Assembly: GCA_039586815.1 (NCBI GenBank)
Contig: JBDHJR010000019.1
Span: forward strand, 7,594 to 71,593
DNA from: Gemmatimonadota bacterium
GTDB taxonomy: Bacteria > Gemmatimonadota > Gemmatimonadetes > Gemmatimonadales > GWC2-71-9
DNA: 64,000 nucleotides
Reading direction: 5' to 3'
The notes beneath the pieces are model-generated. The model did not search any database. It was not told the origin of the DNA and was given only the letters and a program-made list of their open reading frames with translations. Below, one piece after another: positions 56,887 to 64,000 of the stretch (position 1 is the stretch's first letter; each line of letters starts with the position of its first letter). Made by a program: the position numbers and the translations under genes.

Positions 56887-58101
56887 CTACCCCAACGCCT
56901 CCAGGAACTCCCCGATCACCCGACTGGTGGCGATGGGCTGCTCCAGCGGAGTGAGGTGTCCGGCTTCTGGAATCACCGTGTACTGCGCGCCGGAAATGGC
57001 ATCGGCCATGGTACGCGAGTGCTCCACCGGGATGAGCCGATCTTCCCTCCCCGTTACAACCAGCGTGGGCACGTCGATTTCCTGCAGAAATTGGGTCGAG
57101 TCGGGCCGCTGCTTCATGGCCCGCAGCGCGCCGATCACTCCGGCAGTGGGGCTACCGGTGATCATCGTGCGGACATGCTCCACCACCTGGGGCATGGCAG
57201 AGAGCGAGCTGGGACAGAGCAGCTTCGGCAACAGATTGTCGGCCACCGCACCCGAGCCCTCCCGTTCGATCAGTCTGATCATCTCCTCGCGGCCCTGCTG
57301 CCCCTCGGGCGTATCCGCTTCGGCTCGAGTGTTGGTGAGAATCAGCGCTCGCACCATGTCGCGGTGTCGCCGCATGAACTCGAGCACCACGTAGCCACCC
57401 ATTGAAAGACCGCAGACCACAACCTGCTCGACTTCCAACTTCTCGAGCAGCGCCGCCAGATCGTCAGCGTACTCCGCCATCGAGTACTCCCCTGATCGCG
57501 GCACGTCACTCAACCCCATCCCGCGCAGGTCCGGCGCGATGCGTTGCCACCCCGTGAGGGGCGCAACGAGATGGCGCCACATGGTGCGGTCCAGCGGAAA
57601 GCCGTGCACGAAGAGAATGGCAGGACCGTCGCCCTGAACGTCGACCGCGGTGGCGACGTCGCGAATCAGGAGATGCTGGACCGACCCGGCGCGCACCGAC
57701 GGGCGGGTGCCGAAGAAATTGCGGATCTCGACGGGCACCGCACTCGGCTTGCCTCCCTGCCCCACGCAGACGAACACGGAGTCGGCTTCGGCGACGAGCA
57801 CGCCATCGCCCTCGCGGCGCGCCGTCTGGTGCAGCGAGAAGCTGGTGCGTCCGAGGTGGGTGAGCGTGGTGTCGAATTGCAGAACGTCGCCCGGAAAGGC
57901 CTCCGCGGTGTACTCGGTGGTGGACTTGCGGACCGCCGGCCAGGTCCTGCTGCGCTGAAAGGCCTCCATTCCAGGCCCCGCCGCCAGCACCTCCCAGCGG
58001 GCGCGCTCGAACATCCGCAGGAACGCAGCCTGATTCACGTGCCCGAACGCATCGCAGTCGTCGGGGTACACGCGCATTACGACGGAGGGAACAGTGGTCA
58101 C
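56887..58101 (-). CDS. Fusion protein: hotdog-fold acyl-CoA thioesterase (4HBT-like) plus alpha/beta hydrolase
   Basis: The N-terminus RVYPDDCDAFGHVNQAAF is the 4HBT/YbgC signature. The C-terminal half has FVHGFPLD, GLSMGG (nucleophile elbow) and GH near the end. The start (GTG 58101 or ATG 58077) is uncertain. Confidence 0.8.
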   Translation of the reverse strand: MTTVPSVVMRVYPDDCDAFGHVNQAAFLRMFERARWEVLAAGPGMEAFQRSRTWPAVRKSTTEYTAEAFPGDVLQFDTTLTHLGRTSFSLHQTARREGDGVLVAEADSVFVCVGQGGKPSAVPVEIRNFFGTRPSVRAGSVQHLLIRDVATAVDVQGDGPAILFVHGFPLDRTMWRHLVAPLTGWQRIAPDLRGMGLSDVPRSGEYSMAEYADDLAALLEKLEVEQVVVCGLSMGGYVVLEFMRRHRDMVRALILTNTRAEADTPEGQQGREEMIRLIEREGSGAVADNLLPKLLCPSSLSAMPQVVEHVRTMITGSPTAGVIGALRAMKQRPDSTQFLQEIDVPTLVVTGREDRLIPVEHSRTMADAISGAQYTVIPEAGHLTPLEQPIATSRVIGEFLEALG

Positions 58102-58361
58102 GGCAGTAAACTTACGCAGCCGGGTGGGGCCGACAACAGCAACCCTTCGCAGGACGTCTGCAAGGACAGCAACTGTCGCGATAAGGCCGCCATGCTGTCG
58201 CGATGATGTCTCTATGCCGCATTCCCCAAACGCTTGGCTCACAACCCGTTGGCACTTTTCCACACCGTCTAGACACTGTGTCGATAATCGGTTTCCACGG
58301 GCCCCCAGCCGGAGCGTCCACTGTCAACTACCGGGCATACTAGCGATGTTTCACCGCAACG

Positions 58362-59537
58362 ATGCCAGCCAGCGAATCCCACCCCCCCTTAGCGGTCATA
58401 GACCGTCCCGCTGAGCTCCGCGCCCTGGTCCGGCGACTAGCCAGCGAGCCGCGGGTCGCGCTCGACACTGAGGCGGCGTCGTTCCACCGCTTCGTAGACC
58501 GCGTCTACCTGGTGCAGTTGAGCTCCGACACGGAAACGGCGCTGGTAGACCCGCTGTCCGTTGCCGATCTCGCGCCCATAGGCGAGCTCCTCGCCAACCC
58601 CGAGGTGGAGGTGGTCCTTCACGACGCGGATTACGACCTGCGGATCCTCGACCGGGATTACGGGTTCAGGGCCCGCAACATCTTCGACACGCGGGTCGCG
58701 GCACAGCTTGCGGGCGAGCCGGCCGTAGGGCTGGGGTCGTTGCTGGAGAAGTACTTCGGTGTGCAGGTCGACAAGAAGTTCCAGCGTGCCGATTGGTCCC
58801 GCCGCCCGCTCACCACCGAGATGATCGAGTACGCTGCCGACGACACCAGGTACCTCACTTCACTGCGCGACACGCTCGAGCAGAAGCTGCGGGAGATCGA
58901 AAGGCTGGAGTGGGTGCGCGAGGAGTTCCGCCTGCTCGAGGACCTTCGCTGGACTCAGCCCAGTGGGGACAACGAGGACGCCTACCTGCGCATCAAGGGC
59001 GCACGCGCGCTCAAGCCGAAAGAGTTGGCCATTCTGCGAGAGCTGCACCGCTGGCGGGAGCGCACCGCCCGCAGTCTCGACCGGGCCCGGTTCAGGGTGT
59101 TGTCCAATTCGGCCTTGCTTGCCGTCGCCAAGGCCGCGCCGACCAGCGCGAAGAAGCTCGCAGCGGTTCAGGGCATGCCGGTGAGCACGGCGCAGCGCTA
59201 CGGCGACCCCGTGCTGCGTGCCGTGAAGAAAGGGCTCGCCGTCCCCGCGGACAAGCTCCCCCGGGTGCGCCGCTCCCGTCGGCCGGAGCCCGACCCCGAG
59301 TACGACCAACGGCTGGAGCGGCTCAAGCAGTTGCGTAACCACCGAGCCGAGGCCGTAGGACTCGCCCCCGGCCTCGTGTGTCCCAATGGAACCTTGCAGG
59401 AAGTCGCGCGCGCCGGTCCGCACTCGACTGCGGAGCTCGACGGCGTGGACGAGCTACGGCACTGGCAGCGTGAGGTGGTCGGCGACTCGGCTATACTGGC
59501 CGCCGTAGAGGGCGCGGGGGGTCAGAAGCCCAAGTAG
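58362..59537 (+). CDS. rnd: Ribonuclease D (DEDD 3'-5' exonuclease with HRDC domains)
   Basis: ALDTEA, HDADYDLR, YAADDTRYL (DEDDy), followed by an HRDC-like region (ILRELHRWRERTAR). Confidence 0.88.
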   Translation: MPASESHPPLAVIDRPAELRALVRRLASEPRVALDTEAASFHRFVDRVYLVQLSSDTETALVDPLSVADLAPIGELLANPEVEVVLHDADYDLRILDRDYGFRARNIFDTRVAAQLAGEPAVGLGSLLEKYFGVQVDKKFQRADWSRRPLTTEMIEYAADDTRYLTSLRDTLEQKLREIERLEWVREEFRLLEDLRWTQPSGDNEDAYLRIKGARALKPKELAILRELHRWRERTARSLDRARFRVLSNSALLAVAKAAPTSAKKLAAVQGMPVSTAQRYGDPVLRAVKKGLAVPADKLPRVRRSRRPEPDPEYDQRLERLKQLRNHRAEAVGLAPGLVCPNGTLQEVARAGPHSTAELDGVDELRHWQREVVGDSAILAAVEGAGGQKPK

Positions 59538-59842
59538 GCCCGCACTTTGGGGTTGATCCGCTCCGGCGTCCAGTAGGGCTCCCACACCAGCTCCACCCTC
59601 ACATCCTTCACGCCGTCGAGCGCCCGCACGGCGTCGTCCATGTCGGACATGATCTGGGGACCCGCGGGACACCCCGGCGACGTGAGAGTCATCTTCACGT
59701 CCACCTTGCCCTGCTCGATCGCAACATCGTAGACCAATCCCAGGTCCACGACGTTGATGCCCGCCTCCGGGTCCTTCACCTTGCGCAGGGCGTCCTGTAT
59801 GGACGCTTCGGTCAATGTGTGCTCGGACTCTGTAGTCATCAC
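59522..59842 (-). CDS. DUF59 / SufT-like metal-sulfur cluster assembly factor
   Basis: 106 aa. VKDPEAGINVVDLGLVY and MTLTSPGCP motifs. Confidence 0.85.
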   Translation of the reverse strand: MMTTESEHTLTEASIQDALRKVKDPEAGINVVDLGLVYDVAIEQGKVDVKMTLTSPGCPAGPQIMSDMDDAVRALDGVKDVRVELVWEPYWTPERINPKVRAYLGF

Positions 59843-59882
59843 TCTACTCGGATCCAGTCACCCGTTCCCAACACTCACCCGC

Positions 59883-60272
59883 TCAGCTTCGTTCCGCAAC
59901 CGGCCCCCAGCGCCTCGCTACCCAGGCATACACCCGTTCGGCCACCGGCATGAGCCCGGGCACCGTCGCCACGAACCCCACGGCTCGACCGCCGCGCAAG
60001 TAGCGGAACGCCTCTCGCGCTGCTGCGGCCCCCGCGAACACGGCACCATCGGGTCGCACCAGGTGCGCGGCCTGCTCGAGGCGCTCACGCGGCTGTCCCG
60101 ACAGCTCGGTGGCTCGCGAGTCCTGCAGCGGGAGCAGCCAGATCACGTCATCCCGATCGAGCCGCTTCATGCGCTTGACCCACTTGGCGCAGAAGCCGCA
60201 GTTCCCGTCGAAGATCAGCGTGGGCCGCGCTGGTTTGTGCGGTGCCTGCCCGACCTGTCCCGCGATCAGCAT
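59883..60272 (-). CDS. DCC-family thiol-disulfide oxidoreductase (DUF393)
   Basis: IFDGNCGFCAKWV (DxxCxxC motif); 129 aa. Confidence 0.8.
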   Translation of the reverse strand: MLIAGQVGQAPHKPARPTLIFDGNCGFCAKWVKRMKRLDRDDVIWLLPLQDSRATELSGQPRERLEQAAHLVRPDGAVFAGAAAAREAFRYLRGGRAVGFVATVPGLMPVAERVYAWVARRWGPVAERS

Positions 60273-61399
60273 CCGTCGGCCGTCGGGTCCGGCGAACCGC
60301 AGACGCTGGCCCTCAGAGCCACGGCGGCGTCAGCCACCGCCGCTCGAACCTCCTTCAAGCGGGTGATGGAGCGCCGCGTGCGCGGAGCGAACACGCGGTT
60401 GGTCAGTACCACGACGAAGAGATCCAGCTCAGGATCGATCCAAATGGACGTGCCCGTGAACCCGCCGTGCCCGTACGCCGCTGCGGAGAGCAGTGCGCCT
60501 GTGTTCTCCTGCGTCGTCGTGTCCCGCACCTCCCATCCCAGGGCGCGATCGCCGGCGCCGCGCCGGGTGAACTCGCGTACCGTCTCGGGCTGCACGACCT
60601 GGAAGCCGCTCGGCGCCCGGCCCCCACTGAGCAGCATTTGCGCGTACCGCCCCATGTCCGCACCCGTGCTGTACAGCCCCGCGTGGCCCGACACGCCACC
60701 CAGCCGCACTGCGTTCTGATCGTGTAACTGTCCTGCGATGACGTAGCCGCGCCACAACCCGACCGGCGCAACACGGCCCCACATGCTGCGCGGCGGCTCG
60801 AACCGCGTCTCCGCCATCGCTGCCGGCCCGAACACTCGCTCGGCGGCGAACTCGTCGAGCCGCTGGCCCGATACTCGCTCCACGATCCACCCCAGCAGCA
60901 TGGCGTTCAGGTCGCTGTAGATGACCCTACCCGCCGGCTCGTAGCGCAGCGGTTCGGCGAGCACCAGCTCCCTTGCTTCCTCGGCAGTGCTCGCGCGTTC
61001 GTTCAGCGGGAGAAACGCCCTCAGTCCGGTGCGGTGCTCCAGCAGGTGTCGTACCGTGACGCGGTCCTTCCCCTCACCGGTGAACTCGGGGAGGTAATGC
61101 TGCACCGCCCGGTCCAGGTCGAGCATGCCGTCCTCCACCAGCACCATGGCGGCCGGTGTCGTGGCCACGACCTTGGTGAGCGAAGCGAGGTCGTACAGGG
61201 TGCTGTCGGGATGCGGCACCGCCGCATCAGCGGACCACGTGAAGTGGCCGTAACCCCGGACGTGAAGAATCCGCTCTCCGGTACCGACCACCACTACCGC
61301 ACCGGGGAAAACGCCGCCTTCAATTCCCCGGGCGATCGCAGCGTCGATGCCGGCCTGCGCTCCGATCTGGAGCACCAGTGCTAGTGCTGTGCAGAGCAT
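60266..61399 (-). CDS. Beta-lactamase-related serine hydrolase (class C / esterase family)
   Basis: SxxK motif ASLTK, YSD region, HGGFTGTS near the C-terminus. N-terminal signal-like segment. Confidence 0.88.
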   Translation of the reverse strand: MLCTALALVLQIGAQAGIDAAIARGIEGGVFPGAVVVVGTGERILHVRGYGHFTWSADAAVPHPDSTLYDLASLTKVVATTPAAMVLVEDGMLDLDRAVQHYLPEFTGEGKDRVTVRHLLEHRTGLRAFLPLNERASTAEEARELVLAEPLRYEPAGRVIYSDLNAMLLGWIVERVSGQRLDEFAAERVFGPAAMAETRFEPPRSMWGRVAPVGLWRGYVIAGQLHDQNAVRLGGVSGHAGLYSTGADMGRYAQMLLSGGRAPSGFQVVQPETVREFTRRGAGDRALGWEVRDTTTQENTGALLSAAAYGHGGFTGTSIWIDPELDLFVVVLTNRVFAPRTRRSITRLKEVRAAVADAAVALRASVCGSPDPTADGC

Positions 61400-61480
61400 G
61401 GTTCAGACGGTTCCCTTATATCATATCTAGTGTCGCCCAGCTGGCCTCAACCGACAACTGCCCCACCGCGAAGGAGCATC

Positions 61481-62932
61481 GTGAGGCAACGCACATCCTG
61501 GATGATATTGGCCGCATCCATCACCATGGCAGCCCCGGGACAGTCACAGGAACTGCCCGTCGACACCCTGGCAATGAAGGCGCACACGCGGTTCCTGTCG
61601 CACGACATGCTACGCGGCCGTGCCACCGGATCCGACGGGGCGCGCCTGGCCGCCCTCTACATCGAGAGCCGGTGCCGGGCCATGGGACTCGCACCCGTCG
61701 GCGGCGGCTACCGTCAGGACGTGCCGCTCGAAGAAGGACGCGTGCTGCCCGAGACACGGCTGCGCGCGTCACGCGGGCAGGGCGTCGCGGAGTTCCGCTT
61801 CCCCGACGATTTCGCACCCAACGTCGGCACGAAGGAGACGTTGCGCGACTTCGGGGGGCGGGTGGTGTTCGTCGGAGCCGATGAGACGATCGTGAGCCCC
61901 GCTCTGGACGGGGTGGCACTCGAGGGTCGCGTCGCCGTCACGCTCGGACCGATCAGGGGCGCTGCCGTGGATACCCTGGCACATCGCGGCACCGCGGGGA
62001 TGATCCATCTGATCGGCGACCCGGACGCCTACGAACTGTACGCACGGAGCCGGGGCGATACGCGCCTGTACCATGCCGACCCGGGGGTGCGCTCGTCGTT
62101 CTTCCCACCGCTGCCCGCCGTCCTCGCCGGGCCGCGACTCTCTCACATGCTGCTGCGGTACGCCAGCCTGGGCCCCGCGGACGAGATTCCACCACAGGCG
62201 CTGGGCTGGTCGATCGATGTGACCATCGCGCTGGAGCAGCGTCCAGTCGACGCCCACAACGTTCTGTGCCTGCTCCCGGGAAGTGACGCGAGACTGCGGG
62301 ATACGGCCGTGGCATTCATGGCTCACTACGACCACCTCGGGGTCGGAGCACCGAGCTCGACCGGCGACTCGATCTACAACGGCTTCTCCGACAACGCCGC
62401 GGGCGTTGCGATGCTGTTGGCCATCGCGCAGCGGCTGGTGCACCGACCACTGCGCCACTCCACACTGTTTCTCTTTCCCACCGGCGAGGAGCGGGGCCTG
62501 CTCGGGTCGGATCACCTCGTCGCGCACGCGCCGTGGCCCCTCGAGCGCATCGCGGCGGTGATCAACCTCGATGCGGGCGCCCCGGCGGCCGCCCCCGCGC
62601 GCTGGCAGCTCGCTGGGGTGGACAGCACGGGCCTGGGCGCGCTGGCGGCAGCGGTCGCGGCCGAGAACGGCTGGGACATCACCACCTCGGCACCACGCCC
62701 CAACTCCGACTACTTCCCCTTCACGCGCCGGGGCATACCCGGACTGCTCATCATTCCGGGGCCGCTCCCCTACGAGGGGCTTTCGTCGGACAGCTCGAGT
62801 GCCTTGTTCCGTCGGTGGGACCACTACCACCAGCAGGCGGACGAATGGGCAGAGGACTTCCCCTATGCCGGCCTGGCACGGTACGCCGAGTTCGCCTATC
62901 TGATCGCCAGGCGGGTGGACGCCGCGCCCTAA
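61481..62932 (+). CDS. M28-family peptidase, secreted (paralogue of 5330..7015)
   Basis: AAGGAG then GTG at 61481. RFLSHDMLRGRATGS, HYDHLG, NGFSDNAAGVAMLL, GEERGLLGS. Confidence 0.85.
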   Translation: MRQRTSWMILAASITMAAPGQSQELPVDTLAMKAHTRFLSHDMLRGRATGSDGARLAALYIESRCRAMGLAPVGGGYRQDVPLEEGRVLPETRLRASRGQGVAEFRFPDDFAPNVGTKETLRDFGGRVVFVGADETIVSPALDGVALEGRVAVTLGPIRGAAVDTLAHRGTAGMIHLIGDPDAYELYARSRGDTRLYHADPGVRSSFFPPLPAVLAGPRLSHMLLRYASLGPADEIPPQALGWSIDVTIALEQRPVDAHNVLCLLPGSDARLRDTAVAFMAHYDHLGVGAPSSTGDSIYNGFSDNAAGVAMLLAIAQRLVHRPLRHSTLFLFPTGEERGLLGSDHLVAHAPWPLERIAAVINLDAGAPAAAPARWQLAGVDSTGLGALAAAVAAENGWDITTSAPRPNSDYFPFTRRGIPGLLIIPGPLPYEGLSSDSSSALFRRWDHYHQQADEWAEDFPYAGLARYAEFAYLIARRVDAAP

Positions 62933-63684
62933 CGCCTGGGCCTGGGTTCTTTCACCGAGCCCGGTGGAAGGGCGTACAGCAGCCCTGCGGTGCGCCGGTC
63001 ACGCAAAGTCAGGTCGTGAACCGTAGTTGTGGGGTACATGACGTCCTGCGGGTCATCGGAGTGCCCCAACCCGAGAAGGTGGCCGATCTCATGGATGGCA
63101 ACCGTCTTCACGGCATCGGACGAGAGGGGCCAGCCGGCGGGGCTGTGCGTCGCCAGGGTTAGGGTGCCCTTCAGCACCCAGCCGCGTGAGCTCCACATCA
63201 GATCCGCCTGGCCCGTGCGGCGCGCGTCGAATCGCTCGATCCAGCGCACGGCGACCTCGGAGTCGGCGGAGTCCCGTACGAAGCGGAAGTGCACCGGGAT
63301 GCTGCTGCCCCGCTGCCAGCGGTAGAAGGCATCCTCTACCGCCCGCCCCATGTCCACCGTGTACCCGGGCGCGCCACCTTCCGGCAGATAGACGGCGATC
63401 GGCTCGTCCACCCGCTCGGGCCAGCGCCGCAGCAAGGAGTCAGCCTCGACGAGCATCGCCGGCAGATAAGTGTCCGACTCAGCGATGCGGCGGCGCACGA
63501 CAGCGCGCGTGGCGCGCACGCTGTCCCAGTCAACAGTCCCACCCTGGGGACCCGAATCGACCACGACCGTGTCCACCCTGGCACGATCCGAATCCGCACC
63601 GCCGGGCGCGCGGGCAATCAGATAGACGGCCACGGCGACGACCGCTACCGTTGCTACTGCTGTGGAGCGACGCATGGCACGCAA
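62929..63684 (-). CDS. Matrixin-like (M10) zinc metalloprotease, secreted/anchored
   Basis: N-terminal hydrophobic anchor. Zinc motif AIHEIGHLLGLGHSDDPQDVMYP (HExxHxxGxxH plus Met-turn). Confidence 0.8.
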   Translation of the reverse strand: MRAMRRSTAVATVAVVAVAVYLIARAPGGADSDRARVDTVVVDSGPQGGTVDWDSVRATRAVVRRRIAESDTYLPAMLVEADSLLRRWPERVDEPIAVYLPEGGAPGYTVDMGRAVEDAFYRWQRGSSIPVHFRFVRDSADSEVAVRWIERFDARRTGQADLMWSSRGWVLKGTLTLATHSPAGWPLSSDAVKTVAIHEIGHLLGLGHSDDPQDVMYPTTTVHDLTLRDRRTAGLLYALPPGSVKEPRPRR

Positions 63685-63858
63685 TATGGCCGGCTCCCGG
63701 CCGTCGGCGCCACCACTCCGGCTGGCATCCGGGCCGCTGCTGGTCTATCATTCCCTTTCTTCAGAAGCACCGGACAGAAGCCCTTAAGCCGTATCGGGTC
63801 AAATGTTTAGCAGCGCGGGGCGCGGTAGGGCGGAACCGCTCGGGGCCGGGAGTGCGCG

Positions 63859-64000
63859 ATGATCGCACCGCCCGGCCGCCTCATCATACGGTTCCGATTC
63901 CTGATCATCCTCTTCTGGATCGTGGCAGCGATACTCGCATTGCCGCGGGCCGCCGCCGTGCACGAGGTGCTCGAGGTCGAAGGTGAAACGGTAGAAGGCT
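63859..64000 (+). CDS. 5' end of a membrane protein, possibly an MMPL/RND-type transporter (3' end outside the window)
   Basis: ATG at 63859 is open to the window end. The N-terminus RLIIRFRFLIILFWIVAAILALP resembles MMPL N-termini. Only 47 codons are visible. Confidence 0.35.
   Translation, partial: MIAPPGRLIIRFRFLIILFWIVAAILALPRAAAVHEVLEVEGETVEG

Noticed and set aside
61769-62830. 353-aa ORF antisense to the second M28 peptidase
   Set aside because: It has the same shadow-ORF signature. The plus strand carries all the M28 metal-binding motifs.
63685-63858. 174-nt intergenic region before the partial MMPL-like gene, examined for riboswitch or promoter signals
   Set aside because: I identified no recognisable riboswitch core, no strong -35/-10 pair and no notable inverted repeat.

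Overview
64 kb of visibly GC-rich bacterial chromosome with a strong G/C third-codon-position bias. The ORF track therefore contains many long spurious antisense or out-of-frame ORFs. I support about 60 protein-coding genes and found no rRNA, tRNA, CRISPR array, transposase or integrase. Gene content (lipoprotein signals, ParABS, Suf, fused E1, many secreted peptidases) is reminiscent of Gemmatimonadota-like Gram-negative bacteria, but I cannot confirm taxonomy from sequence alone.

Layout:
- 1-9.8 kb: secreted hydrolases and peptidases, a domain-permuted aconitase-family enzyme, an orphan protein, and TrmB-like and TetR regulators.
- 9.7-24.5 kb: lon, a Ser/Thr kinase, and a long minus-strand block (fused 2-oxoacid dehydrogenase E1, DUF1015, rsgA, proline dehydrogenase, fatty-acid beta-oxidation pair).
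- 24.5-33.2 kb: glpD, a cluster of a deoxyhypusine-synthase-like gene, a LOG-like gene and a class-V aminotransferase, queG, CapA and Nif3.
- 33.4-39.5 kb: origin-proximal-type partition locus. The operon runs parA, parB, M23 peptidase, bactofilin. Two near-consensus parS sites bracket a DUF4350-like gene, followed by mnmG.
- 39.5-52.5 kb: one co-directional array. It holds a glycosylation operon (methyltransferase, GT2, GT39), NatAB-like ABC exporter genes, and an extended suf operon (sufR, B, C, D, S, U, Rieske, APC permease).
- 52.6-64 kb: a promoter-driven module of unknown function (two paralogous 6-TM proteins, a winged-helix regulator, a beta-propeller lipoprotein), def, rnd, hydrolases and peptidases.

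I see no clear-cut, self-evidently novel system such as a defence island. The best candidates for undescribed biology are:
- the ParABS / M23 peptidase / bactofilin operon with its parS-bracketed cassette;
- the unknown-function membrane module at 52.7-55.6 kb;
- the DHS-like / LOG-like / aminotransferase cluster.

All functional calls come from my own recognition of motifs in the translations. No database search was run.
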